Position numbers and translations under genes: made by a program
Notes under the pieces: generated by a model
The model's database searches: none
The model's input: only the letters and a program-made list of their open reading frames with translations
What the model was told of the DNA's origin: nothing
In this document: positions 28,446 to 38,199 of the stretch, piece by piece
Layout: the number at the start of each line of letters is the position of its first letter
Position numbering within the stretch: position 1 is the first letter of the stretch
DNA from: an uncultured Lentisphaeraceae bacterium
GTDB lineage: Bacteria; Verrucomicrobiota; Kiritimatiellia; RFP12; DVOR01
NCBI GenBank assembly: GCA_937892925.1
Contig: CALBHX010000032.1
Location: 1,695-65,694, forward strand
Reading direction: 5' to 3'
DNA length: 64,000 nt

Positions 28446-30275
28446 ATGGCCAAGTTGACAGCTGATGCTCTGCGGGATATGTATTTGAAATTCTTCGAAT
28501 CAAAGGGGCACACCATCATTTCCGGCGCCTCCGTAATTCCGGAAAACGATCCAACCGTGCTCTTTACTACCGCAGGCATGCATCCGCTCGTACCATACTT
28601 ACTCGGAGAGAAACATCCCGCCGGGACACGCTTGACAGATGTCCAAAAGTGTGTGCGGACAGGAGACATTGAGGCTGTCGGTGATAGTGCACATTTAACT
28701 TTTTTTGAGATGCTTGGAAACTGGTCTCTTGGCGACTATTTCAAAAAGGAAGCCATCGCGTGGAGTTTTGAATTCCTAACCAAGCATCTGGGATTTAAGC
28801 CCGAACAAATCTCTGTAACCGTCTTTGCCGGAGAAGGCGATATCCCACGCGACGGTGAAGCGATCGCCTACTGGAAGGCTCAAGGCATTCCCGAAAGCCA
28901 TATTTTCCCGAAAGGGAGAGAAGACAATTGGTGGGGGCCGGCGGGAACAACCGGGCCTTGTGGCCCAGACACGGAAATGTTTATTGACACAGGGAAGGCT
29001 CCCTGCTGTGCCACATGTTCACCAGGTTGCGGATGTGGTAAATATATCGAGATCTGGAATGATGTCTTCATGCAATATAACAAAACTGCAGATGGAAAAT
29101 ATGAGCCATTAAAGCAGCATAACGTTGACACCGGAATGGGTGTTGAGCGAACAATCTGCATGATCAACGGATACAAGACCGTCTACGAATCCGAGCTCTT
29201 TCTCCCCTTGCTCAATAAGATTCGTGAACTAACCACAACGGAACTTCCGGAAGAAAAACGCATACGCGCCGAACGCATCATCGCAGATCATATGCGAACA
29301 GCCACCATTATCTTGGGAGATCCGAAGGGCGGTGTAAAACCTGGAAATGTAGGCGCGAATTACGTGCTTCGGCGTTTAATCCGTCGCGCCGTCCGATACG
29401 GTATGGATCTTGGTCTACCCTCTGGATTTACAGCTGTACTCGCAGACCTGGTTATTGGCACATATTGTGGTTTTTATCCTGAATTATCGGAAAAACGCAA
29501 TATAATCGTAACAGAGTTAACAGCGGAAGAAAATCGTTTTGCCAAAACCTTGCTGCAAGGGCGGCACGAGTTTGAAAAAGTAGCTGAGGTTATGACTCAG
29601 CATGGGCAAACACAAATTTCTGGTAAAACTGCATTCAAATTATACGATACATACGGATTCCCCTTGGAATTAACACAAGAGTTAGCCGCAGAGCGTGGAC
29701 TAACAGTAGATGTCGAGGGTTTTAATAAAGCGGAAGCTAAGCACAAAGAAGCCTCCAAACAAGGTGAGGGGGTGTTCAAGGGCGGACTGGCCGATCACTC
29801 TGAACAGACCACACGATTACATACAGCAACACATTTACTTCACAAAGCACTCAAGCTCGTATTAGGAGATCACGTAAACCAGAAAGGCTCAAACATCACA
29901 GCAGAACGCCTTCGCTTCGATTTTTCTCATCCTGAAAAGATGACGAAGGAACAACTGACGCAAGTAGAAGATCTGGTTAACGAGCAAATTGCGCGGGCGT
30001 TACCAATCACCTGTGAAACCATGCCGATTGAAGCAGCCAAAGCTGCAGGAGCCACGGCTTTGTTTACAGCGAAATATGGCGAACAAGTGAAGGTCTACAC
30101 CATGGGCGACTTCTCCAAGGAAGTCTGCGGAGGTCCGCATGCCCAAAACACATCTGAATTAATCGCATTCAAAATATTGAAAGAAGAAAGTTCCTCGGCA
30201 GGCGTACGCCGTATTAAAGCTATCATCGGCGAACCTGCACTGGAAAAACGAAAAGCCGCAGGAAAACAGGCTTAA
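28446..30275 (+). CDS. alaS: Alanine--tRNA ligase, short form (aminoacylation, tRNA-recognition and editing domains; no C-Ala domain)
   Basis: Class II AlaRS motifs (FTTAGMHP, FFEMLGNWSLGDYFK, GPCGPDTEMF, YIEIWNDVFMQYNK). Editing-domain Zn motifs HTATHLLH and CGGPHAQNTSEL. Ends at 609 aa, 5 nt before the next gene. RBS AAGGAGG. Confidence 0.85.
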   Translation: MAKLTADALRDMYLKFFESKGHTIISGASVIPENDPTVLFTTAGMHPLVPYLLGEKHPAGTRLTDVQKCVRTGDIEAVGDSAHLTFFEMLGNWSLGDYFKKEAIAWSFEFLTKHLGFKPEQISVTVFAGEGDIPRDGEAIAYWKAQGIPESHIFPKGREDNWWGPAGTTGPCGPDTEMFIDTGKAPCCATCSPGCGCGKYIEIWNDVFMQYNKTADGKYEPLKQHNVDTGMGVERTICMINGYKTVYESELFLPLLNKIRELTTTELPEEKRIRAERIIADHMRTATIILGDPKGGVKPGNVGANYVLRRLIRRAVRYGMDLGLPSGFTAVLADLVIGTYCGFYPELSEKRNIIVTELTAEENRFAKTLLQGRHEFEKVAEVMTQHGQTQISGKTAFKLYDTYGFPLELTQELAAERGLTVDVEGFNKAEAKHKEASKQGEGVFKGGLADHSEQTTRLHTATHLLHKALKLVLGDHVNQKGSNITAERLRFDFSHPEKMTKEQLTQVEDLVNEQIARALPITCETMPIEAAKAAGATALFTAKYGEQVKVYTMGDFSKEVCGGPHAQNTSELIAFKILKEESSSAGVRRIKAIIGEPALEKRKAAGKQA

Positions 30276-30280
30276 ACCGC

Positions 30281-31195
30281 ATGGCCACAGCTCTTGCACA
30301 ATGTGAACTTTGTCCACGGCGATGTGGAGTGAATCGTCTACTCGGCCAGAAAGGGTATTGTGGCGCGGGGGTGAAACCGCGTGTTTTTCGCTGGGGGCCG
30401 CACTTCGGCGAAGAGCCCCCGCTTTCGGGTACACGGGGAAGTGGCGCACTCTTTTTTTCGCATTGTACGTTACGCTGTTTATATTGTCAAAATGCAAAAT
30501 GGAGTTCCGGCGGTGCTGGGGATGACCTTTCTATTGAAACGTTGACAGAGCGGATGCACGTATTAGTTGAACAAGGGTGCCATAATTGGAATCTTGTCTC
30601 CCCAACGCCATGGCTTCCACAAATTACTGAAGCAGTGAAACCGTTATTACGGGCTGGTATAAAATTGCCGTTTGTGTATAATACATCCAGTTTTGAACGT
30701 ACAGAATCACTAAATAGTTACCTGCCTCTAATCGATATTGCATTGGCAGACTTGCGGTATGCAACGCAGAGCAGTGCGCAGGCCGGTTCATCTTGCAAAG
30801 AGTATGTTCCGATAGCGCGAGCAGCTATTCAATGGTTTTGGAACAAACTTGGCTCCTTGGAATGTGACTCCGATGGAATTGCACGTCGAGGGCTCATTGT
30901 TCGCCTGTTGGCCTTGCCCGGGCGAGTAGATGAAGTGGCAGACAACTTAATCTGGTTGCGCAATACGTTAGGTGCCGGTGTGGCAATTAGCGTAATGGCG
31001 CAATATAACCCTGTAGGGCGAGCACGTGTAACACCCGGTTGGGATAAACGGTTAAGCCCAGAAGAGTTCACGCCATTGGCTGAGCTGGTTGAAGACCTCG
31101 GGTTCGAAACCGGCTGGGTACAATCGTGCGAAGATGAGACAGCTGAGCGTATGCTTGGCGATGACATGAATGCAGGATATGGTGAAGTGCGCTAA
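30281..31195 (+). CDS. Radical SAM protein, PflX/COG1313-like (pyruvate formate-lyase activase-related)
   Basis: N-terminal CELCPRRCGVNR motif followed by radical-SAM cluster CTLRCLYCQN. Confidence 0.6.
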   Translation: MATALAQCELCPRRCGVNRLLGQKGYCGAGVKPRVFRWGPHFGEEPPLSGTRGSGALFFSHCTLRCLYCQNAKWSSGGAGDDLSIETLTERMHVLVEQGCHNWNLVSPTPWLPQITEAVKPLLRAGIKLPFVYNTSSFERTESLNSYLPLIDIALADLRYATQSSAQAGSSCKEYVPIARAAIQWFWNKLGSLECDSDGIARRGLIVRLLALPGRVDEVADNLIWLRNTLGAGVAISVMAQYNPVGRARVTPGWDKRLSPEEFTPLAELVEDLGFETGWVQSCEDETAERMLGDDMNAGYGEVR

Positions 31196-31246
31196 CCGCA
31201 CAAGATAACAATCATTGCATATACCCTTCAGAAAGGAAGATGAGAG

Positions 31247-32002
31247 ATGAGCGGACATAGTAAATGGGCAACCATTAAACATGCCAAGGGCGCAGCAGAC
31301 GCCAAACGCGGCAAAATGTTCAGCCGTTTGGCCAAAGAAATCATGCTAGTGGCCAAGAGTAATGGCGACCCAAACACCAACCCCTCCCTACGCAACCTGA
31401 TTGCCAAAGCCAAGGCGATCAACATGCCTAAGGATAACATCGATCGTGCCATCAAGAAAGGCACCGGAGAATTACAGGCAGATATTCTTGAAGAAATCAC
31501 TTATGAAGGTTATGTAGGAACCGTTGGGCTGGTCGTTCAAGTCCTGACCTCAAACAAAAATCGTGCGGCTGCTGAGATCCGCAATATCTTCAAAAAGAAC
31601 AATTCGGAGCTCGGCCAATCAGGTTCTGTAACGCGCAATTTTGAGCGTAAGGGACAAATCCTTCTTCCTAAAGGAGATTTGAACGAAGATGACGTGATGA
31701 TGTTGGCTCTTGATGCTGGTGCAGATGACGTCAATGCAGATGATGAAGGGTTCGAAATCCTTACCGCACCAGCCGCCTTTGCCGACGTCTGCGATGCCCT
31801 GAATAAAGCCGGAATTGAGACCTCTGATGCTGAGGTTAAACTGATCCCGGTAGCTACAACCCCTGTAACGGAGTTATCTCAAGCTAAGGCAATTAATAAG
31901 TTTATTGCTGCACTTGAAGATAATGAAGACGTTCAAAACGTTTTCACCACGGCAGATTTCTCAGATGAAATCGAAGCCGCTCTCGCTGCAGAAGAAGAAT
32001 AA
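31247..32002 (+). CDS. yebC: YebC/PmpR-family transcriptional regulator
   Basis: MSGHSKWATIKHAKGAADAKRGKMFSRLAKEI N-terminus is diagnostic for the family; 251 aa. Confidence 0.85.
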   Translation: MSGHSKWATIKHAKGAADAKRGKMFSRLAKEIMLVAKSNGDPNTNPSLRNLIAKAKAINMPKDNIDRAIKKGTGELQADILEEITYEGYVGTVGLVVQVLTSNKNRAAAEIRNIFKKNNSELGQSGSVTRNFERKGQILLPKGDLNEDDVMMLALDAGADDVNADDEGFEILTAPAAFADVCDALNKAGIETSDAEVKLIPVATTPVTELSQAKAINKFIAALEDNEDVQNVFTTADFSDEIEAALAAEEE

Positions 32003-32025
32003 ATATAGACGTCTTCTTTTACGAA

Positions 32026-32070
32026 GAAGCCCCGCGGTTCAAAGTGAGTTCCGTGGGGCTTCATTTTATT
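32026..32070 (+). terminator. Rho-independent terminator of yebC
   Basis: 12-bp stem gaagccccgcgg / ccgtggggcttc (one G-U pair) with a 13-nt loop, followed by ATTTTATT. Begins 24 nt after the stop. Confidence 0.5.
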
Positions 32071-32113
32071 ATACTTTTCAACATACATTACATCCAAGCT
32101 CCAGCAAGACGTC

Positions 32114-33106
32114 TTATCCCCGTTTTTTCGGTAACAGGCATCGGCACATCCACCCAGGCTCTACGCATTTTAGCTCCGGAACTGCGCGAACACAACCCGA
32201 TACAGCATCTGCACACCTCGGAGCAAACGCACATCCCGCAGGGAACCGCCCGGGCGGAGGAACCGTTCCGGGAATATCCTGCAACCGCATTTTATCCAAG
32301 CGCAAACTGGGAACAGCCGCCAACAACCCTTTTGTATATGGATGGTGCGGATCAGCGAGCACGTCTTGTACCGCGCCGCTTTCCACAATTCGTCCAGCAT
32401 ACATCACATAAACGCGCTGCATATAATTAGCTACAATACCCAGATTATGCGTAATCAGCAATAATGCCATACCCCGCTGTTTGGCCAAATCGGTCATCAG
32501 CCCAAGGATTAAACGCTGCGTAGTTACATCCAACGCCGTTGTCGGCTCATCCGCAATCAACAATCGAGGTTCTGCCGCCAATGCCATCGCCAACATGACA
32601 CGCTGACATTGCCCGCCTGAAAGCTCGCAAGGATAGGCTCTCAGTGCACGTACGGGATCAGGCAAACCCACATCCGTCAGCAAGGACAAGATTCTCTCGC
32701 GGCACAATCTTCGGTTTTGGTTCGGCAAAACTTCCGCAATTTGCTCGCCAATACGCATCACCGGATTTAAGCTTGCCATTGGATCCTGAAAGACATAGGC
32801 TATCCCCTTGCGTCGAACAGCTTGCAAAGCCGCAGGGTTCGCCAGAATGTCTACCCCTGAGAACCGAATACGCCCTGTCATTCGAGCTCTGTCCGTTGGA
32901 GGCAGTGCCGTAACACTCAAGGCCGTAATCGATTTCCCACACCCACTTTCACCCACCAGAGCCACCCGCTCTCCTTCACCTACAGAGAGACTAACCTCCG
33001 GCACAGGGGTAACTTCCCCGCTCGGCGTTCGAAACGTTACCGACAACCGATCGAGCACCAATAACGGCGAATCCGTCTGCACGGCCTGCTCAGGGACAGC
33101 ATCCAC
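32114..33106 (-). CDS. ABC transporter ATP-binding protein of the OppD/DppD (peptide/nickel) subfamily, orphan (no permease or SBP nearby)
   Basis: Walker A GESGCGKS, signature LSGGQCQRV, Walker B LLIADEPTTALD, and a C-terminal oligopeptide-type extension (HHPYTKGLL, CAFAPRC). Confidence 0.75.
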   Translation of the reverse strand: MDAVPEQAVQTDSPLLVLDRLSVTFRTPSGEVTPVPEVSLSVGEGERVALVGESGCGKSITALSVTALPPTDRARMTGRIRFSGVDILANPAALQAVRRKGIAYVFQDPMASLNPVMRIGEQIAEVLPNQNRRLCRERILSLLTDVGLPDPVRALRAYPCELSGGQCQRVMLAMALAAEPRLLIADEPTTALDVTTQRLILGLMTDLAKQRGMALLLITHNLGIVANYMQRVYVMYAGRIVESGAVQDVLADPHHPYTKGLLAAVPSLRLDKMRLQDIPGTVPPPGRFPAGCAFAPRCADAVSGCVRAVPELKCVEPGWMCRCLLPKKRG

Positions 33107-33118
33107 GGCACATTCTCC

Positions 33119-34495
33119 CTAAACCGTTAGATCCAAATGCTCAAGCTCCGCAACAGAATCCGCCTCTTTAATGGCGGCAGTTCCTCTCGGCTTGGTATCA
33201 AATGCCACTCCACTCCGCGAAATAAGCAACCGAACCAGCGTTGGAACCGGCAAGGTTGTAACCAGAGACAACACCACAATCGCATTAAAGAACGTTTCAT
33301 CCAACAACCTAAGATTAAGCGCCACCGCCGCGGCAGCCAGCGTCGCCGAAAGCTGCGGCACAGTCATCAACCCGGCACATAATCCTTGGCGATTGCCAAA
33401 CCCGGAAATTCGCAAGGCAAGCCACCCACTGAACACCTTACTCCCCACAAGCCCAACCACCGTAGCTCCAGCAATCAGCAAACTTCGTGCAACATCCCCC
33501 TGTTCGCCCATTCCAAAAAAGACAGCCAAGTCGGCATGAAATCCCACACTTAAGAAGAGGAACGGAATCACCAAGCCAAACCCGATCGCCTCCAACTTGC
33601 GATGGAACTCCTCTCCCGACTTTCTAAAGCAGGGCGTTCGCGCAACGGCCATACCTGAAACAAATGCCCCGACAATCAAATTCACGCCAAGCATTTCACC
33701 GGCCAAAACAATAATCAACACCACCAACAGGAAAAATGTTACTTTCGCCTCATCCCCTTCCGGGAGCAATCGCTCTACCAGCAGCCATAACAGCGGTACC
33801 ACCCACATAACGACCGCGACAAAGAGAAAAATCAACGCCACGAAACAAGGCGTAAACCAGACCCCAAGCCACGAAAGATCCATTCGCTCCAACACGGAAA
33901 TACCTTGCACCACTCGAGACCCCGCCGCACTCAAAGTCTGAAGTTGAACACATACCGCCAACAACACCAACGAGAGAATATCGGTAATAACTGTAGACGA
34001 GAGAACCGCGATACCGAAACGTGAGCGAACTAACCCCATTTCCCGAATAACCGGGAAGACAATTCCAATCGAGTGCGATGCAAATAAAGAGGCATAAACC
34101 CATGCACTAATGGGATGACTCCGATCAAACAGCCAGTAGACAAAATATCCAGCTGCGGCGGGAAGTGCGAAAGTTAGAATAGACAGCGCCGTTACCGCCC
34201 GTTTTTCATTAACCAACATCCGCAAGTCGGTCTCCGCGCCGGCCAATGCCATCAGAAAAACCAAGCCAAGGAATCCAAATGCATCCACCACACCCCGTAA
34301 CGTGTGGGCATCCACAGACGAAGGAATCGCCCCGGCGATCCACTCCAAAAGCCCAAGTCCATGAGGCCCGACAAAAATACCAACAGCCATAATTGCAACA
34401 ACCGATGGAACGTGCCACCGACGAAACACAGCCGGAACGATGGCAACTAGGGCGATGAGTGCAAGAAATGCCGCAAGATAAGTCAACTGATCCAT
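33119..34495 (-). CDS. Cation:proton antiporter (Na+/H+ exchanger family)
   Basis: ~12 TM helices typical of CPA transporters. ATG 34495 (MDQLTYLAAFLAL...) is preferred over the longer ORF to 34762, which adds a non-hydrophobic, Lys/Arg/Cys-rich leader. Confidence 0.6.
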   Translation of the reverse strand: MDQLTYLAAFLALIALVAIVPAVFRRWHVPSVVAIMAVGIFVGPHGLGLLEWIAGAIPSSVDAHTLRGVVDAFGFLGLVFLMALAGAETDLRMLVNEKRAVTALSILTFALPAAAGYFVYWLFDRSHPISAWVYASLFASHSIGIVFPVIREMGLVRSRFGIAVLSSTVITDILSLVLLAVCVQLQTLSAAGSRVVQGISVLERMDLSWLGVWFTPCFVALIFLFVAVVMWVVPLLWLLVERLLPEGDEAKVTFFLLVVLIIVLAGEMLGVNLIVGAFVSGMAVARTPCFRKSGEEFHRKLEAIGFGLVIPFLFLSVGFHADLAVFFGMGEQGDVARSLLIAGATVVGLVGSKVFSGWLALRISGFGNRQGLCAGLMTVPQLSATLAAAAVALNLRLLDETFFNAIVVLSLVTTLPVPTLVRLLISRSGVAFDTKPRGTAAIKEADSVAELEHLDLTV

Positions 34496-34916
34496 AGAGG
34501 TAAGTATATCAAAAAAACGTCTAAGATAGGTTTCACCCCCCGTTTGTAATACCATATAAAACCGTTCTAATACTACAACAAATATAAGCCGTCCCACCCT
34601 TTTCCATCTAACCTGCCAATGGCATTCACTCCGCACCTTGAAAAACACCTGCACCGTGTTCTTACATAACTCGCACCGAGCCCGCTCAAAGCTCGAGGCG
34701 AGTTTACCTCGAAGCCGCCCCACCTTACATTGAAAGCCATTCTTCCCCATTATTTTGTACACATCTCATTCCCTTCCTACCTGTATTTTGTTTTCTTTTA
34801 CGTGCCGGACATTCCCCGTTCTCTATCTAATACGGCACATCAAACGGCCACATAAACCATTTCTGCGAAGTCTGTCCATTTGTGGCATAATAAGAGCAAT
34901 CGCGAAGGAGTTTTAC

Positions 34917-35255
34917 ATGGCCAATCATCCGAAATGTCTGCGCAAAGAAGTCAGTGTCGACGGATGTGACACAGAGGCTTTGGTGCGTGTATCTGAGCAG
35001 TTCGCAGAGCTGGAACTTGAGATGATCCACCAAACCGAACTGACGGCGGCCAAAATTGCAGCAGAAAAAATCGACTGGGAAACTGTCGGAAATGCCATGG
35101 GGCGGATTTATCAAACCTTGTGTGACGGGGACAATAACGGTACCATGGAAGCACTTCACGCCATCGAAGCCCTGTTAAATAAGCGCGGCATTTTGGTTCC
35201 CCAACCGGTAATTACAGAGCCCTCCGGGCAGGAAGGAGCCTCCGATGGCAAGTAA
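34917..35255 (+). CDS. Hypothetical small cytoplasmic protein (112 aa)
   Basis: ATG preceded by AAGGAG at correct spacing. Acidic helical protein. Its stop overlaps the next gene. Confidence 0.4.
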   Translation: MANHPKCLRKEVSVDGCDTEALVRVSEQFAELELEMIHQTELTAAKIAAEKIDWETVGNAMGRIYQTLCDGDNNGTMEALHAIEALLNKRGILVPQPVITEPSGQEGASDGK

Positions 35256-35850
35256 CACCAAAGTGGCTTTGCTATGTGCCTATACGCTTGCCAGTGCAAA
35301 GCGCTACAGTGAAGCGGAGGAATTATTACTCTCGGATGGGGAACTAGCCAAAACCATTGAAGCGATGGATCTTCTTGCACGAATTCGCTCGGAGCAGGGA
35401 GACACTGCTGAAGCACGCAGGCTCTGGCAGGAGATTCAAACCCTTCACCCAGAGCACGTGCCTTCACGCAAAGCCTTACGTAACCTGGGTAAATGCCCCC
35501 GTGTGTTCCCTTGGAGACTTTTTTTATCCGTTGGCATTCCATTAATTCTGCTAATCGGTGCATGCCTAGGTTTTTGGGTGAGCAATGCCAGACAACAGGC
35601 GCAAACGGTGGTTTGGCCAGGGATACCAACCGGAGAAATGTTACAGACATTGCACGATTATCAAGGGCGTGTTGGACGCGTTTTGGTTTCATCTCACTTT
35701 TTCAGCCAGACAGATCATCTGAAGCAACGCGCGGTGTTAACCCGTTTGATAGGTGAAGCGTTAGATCTGCCCGCTTCACAACTCTTTATTGGAGAAGGAT
35801 GTCCGGAACAATCGCAAGAAACGATTATACTTACACTCGAACGGCGATAA
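35245..35850 (+). CDS. Hypothetical membrane protein with N-terminal TPR-like helical repeats and one TM
   Basis: Helical hairpin repeats (…YSEAEELL…, …GDTAEARRLWQEI…), then TM FLSVGIPLILLIGACLGFWV, then a periplasmic tail. Confidence 0.4.
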   Translation: MASNTKVALLCAYTLASAKRYSEAEELLLSDGELAKTIEAMDLLARIRSEQGDTAEARRLWQEIQTLHPEHVPSRKALRNLGKCPRVFPWRLFLSVGIPLILLIGACLGFWVSNARQQAQTVVWPGIPTGEMLQTLHDYQGRVGRVLVSSHFFSQTDHLKQRAVLTRLIGEALDLPASQLFIGEGCPEQSQETIILTLERR

Positions 35851-35877
35851 CCCGGGTAACGTTGTAGGACTTTTGGC

Positions 35878-36999
35878 ATGATAACGTGGCATGATTTTCT
35901 TACACTCCGTTCAGCCCGCAAAGCACTGAGGGAGCTGCGTAATACATTTCGTCTGTACGAAGACATCCTACCACCAGCCGTGCGTCAAGCGTTGGAAGTG
36001 CGGTTGACAGATTTGCAGCAGGCGATTCGTTGCAAAGAAACAGAAGAGTTGCCGGCCTTGGTGGCCACAATTCGTGCGGAGCTTGCAGAGGCGCTCCCAA
36101 AACAGCGTGCTGCATGGGCAGCGGAAGCATTTGATGTTGTCGTTTCAGCTCTTGCTGTAGCCTTTTGTTTCCGAGCCTATTTTTACGAACCCTTTCAAAT
36201 TCCAACCGGCTCCATGCAGCCTACGCTCTATGGAATTCACGTAGAAGCAGCCGAGGTTCCGGATACTTGGGATCGAGCTCCATGGAAATTTGTAAAATGG
36301 TGCATTACTGGAAAAAGTTTTAAGGACATTCGGATTAAAAACAGTGGTATCGTTTCCGCATATGGGCAAAGCCAAGCCCCAGGATACAGCACCCTTGTGG
36401 TCAATGGCCGGGATCGTTACGACCTGCCAGACGCTGTTTTTCCACTGATACTCGAACAGCTTCGCCGAGATCAAGGGCGCGTCCGAACACATCAGCGATT
36501 ATGGAGCGGTTACGTTAAAAGTGGCGATTTTCTCTTTGTCAACCGCTGGATTTGGAACTTTCGCCATCCACGGCTTGGTGAAACGATTGTGTTTTCAACG
36601 CAGAATCTGCCCGGACTTCCCAATAATCAGCACTACATCAAGCGATTATGTGGACGCCCGGGTGACAGAGTTGAGCTAAAGCCAGGAGATTCCCATCTGT
36701 GGGTTAACGGAAAGCCAGCGCTCGTTCCTACGCGTTTGGCGGAGATTGCCGCACATGAACGCCCATGGAAGGGGGCGCCCCAGTATATCGGCTATCAACC
36801 CGCACCAGCATCGAACACACCTTTGGCAACACGTGCACAATTCCAACTTGGGCCATTGGAGTATGTGGCTCTTGGAGACAATTCCGGGAATAGTTTGGAC
36901 AGTCGCTATTGGGGCACCGTCCCGGCACGTAACCTTCTTGGTCCGGCGTCGTTTGTTCACTGGCCCTTCACCTCCCCACGGTGGGGAAAAATCCGATAA
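35878..36999 (+). CDS. lepB: Signal peptidase I (S26 family)
   Basis: Catalytic Ser box GSMQPTLYG and Lys-box region, and the conserved GDNSGNSLDSRYWG motif. Confidence 0.75.
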   Translation: MITWHDFLTLRSARKALRELRNTFRLYEDILPPAVRQALEVRLTDLQQAIRCKETEELPALVATIRAELAEALPKQRAAWAAEAFDVVVSALAVAFCFRAYFYEPFQIPTGSMQPTLYGIHVEAAEVPDTWDRAPWKFVKWCITGKSFKDIRIKNSGIVSAYGQSQAPGYSTLVVNGRDRYDLPDAVFPLILEQLRRDQGRVRTHQRLWSGYVKSGDFLFVNRWIWNFRHPRLGETIVFSTQNLPGLPNNQHYIKRLCGRPGDRVELKPGDSHLWVNGKPALVPTRLAEIAAHERPWKGAPQYIGYQPAPASNTPLATRAQFQLGPLEYVALGDNSGNSLDSRYWGTVPARNLLGPASFVHWPFTSPRWGKIR

Positions 37000-37018
37000 A
37001 CTAGGAAAGGCCTCCTTT

Positions 37019-38188
37019 ATGGCAGAACCTGTTGTAGTACTTCCATCTGCGGATACATACGATGTGCTCGTCGTTGGCGCAGGTTTATGGGGATGTGTGG
37101 CAGCACGGGAATTGGCTGAGGCTGGGAATCGCGTGTTGATTCTGGAAGCGCGGGCGTTGCCGGGAGGAAATGCCCGCAGCCAAATTGATGCCGAAACCGG
37201 TATCGAATGCCATTGTTATGGAGCGCATATTTTCCACACCGCGGATAGAGAAGTCTGGGACTACGTCAACCGTTTTGTGTCCTTTACGGATTATCGCCAT
37301 AAAGTCCTGACTGAACATGCCGGAAAAGTCTACTTCATGCCGCTTGGCTTGGCTCTCGTCAATGCATTTTATGGCACGCGTCTGAAACCGCACGAACTCC
37401 CGGCGTTTATTGCAGCAGAAGTAGCGAAAGCCCATCTTTCGGGAGAACCGAAAAACCTGGAGGAACAGGCCATCTCACTCGTTGGACGCCCACTCTACGA
37501 GGCCTTCATCAAAGGATACACCCAAAAGCAATGGCATGCAGAACCACGTGAACTCCCGGCATTCATCATTCGGCGGCTTCCTGTGCGTGCCAACTATGAT
37601 ATTGGATATTTCAATGACCCGTGGCAGGGAGTTCCCCGAGAAGGTTATTTTTCACTCTTCGCCTCTCTGCTTGATCATCCAGGTGTCCAGGTTTGTTACA
37701 ACACTGATTACCTGACTATTCGAGAGCGTTTTTCAAACGATTTACCAATCTTTTACAGTGGCCCTATTGATGCCTATTTTGACTACATCTACGGAGCGCT
37801 GCCGTGGCGTGGATTGCGATTTGAGTGGGAAACAAAACCTGTTCAGGATTGGCAAGGCACCACGGTTATGAACTTTGCAGATGCCTCTATCCCCTACACC
37901 CGCATTCATGAATTCAAGCATTTTCATCCTGAACGTAAACGTGTGTATGGCGAAGAGAAAACCGTCATTTGCCGTGAATATCCAGCCGATTGGCACGTTG
38001 GTGACATACCGTATTACCCAATCAACACCGAAGCCTCGGCTTTACAGCTGAGACAATATCAAGAAAAGGCTCAGTCTTGCCCGAATGTCGTTTTTGGAGG
38101 ACGATTGGGTGAGTACCGTTACTATGACATGGACAAAGTTATTGCCCGGGCACTGGAGCAGACCCGCGCCTGGAAGAATCGAAACTAA
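37019..38188 (+). CDS. glf: UDP-galactopyranose mutase
   Basis: FAD Rossmann start YDVLVVGAGLWGCVAAREL...GGNA, then the UGM-specific region ...FYSGPIDAYFDYIYGALPWRGLRFEWE.... 390 aa. Confidence 0.8.
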   Translation: MAEPVVVLPSADTYDVLVVGAGLWGCVAARELAEAGNRVLILEARALPGGNARSQIDAETGIECHCYGAHIFHTADREVWDYVNRFVSFTDYRHKVLTEHAGKVYFMPLGLALVNAFYGTRLKPHELPAFIAAEVAKAHLSGEPKNLEEQAISLVGRPLYEAFIKGYTQKQWHAEPRELPAFIIRRLPVRANYDIGYFNDPWQGVPREGYFSLFASLLDHPGVQVCYNTDYLTIRERFSNDLPIFYSGPIDAYFDYIYGALPWRGLRFEWETKPVQDWQGTTVMNFADASIPYTRIHEFKHFHPERKRVYGEEKTVICREYPADWHVGDIPYYPINTEASALQLRQYQEKAQSCPNVVFGGRLGEYRYYDMDKVIARALEQTRAWKNRN

Positions 38189-38199
38189 AGGGAACATCG

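Noticed and set aside
28446-30275. AlaRS being a truncated pseudogene
   Set aside because: The ORF has a strong RBS, intact catalytic and editing motifs, and a clean stop followed 5 nt later by the next gene. No continuation of a C-Ala-like frame follows. I treat it as a genuinely short AlaRS, though a second alaS elsewhere cannot be excluded.
33119-34762. Long form of the second antiporter ORF (547 aa)
   Set aside because: The first 89 codons are Lys/Arg/Cys-rich, not membrane-like, and have no counterpart in CPA transporters. The internal ATG at 34495 begins directly with the first TM helix.
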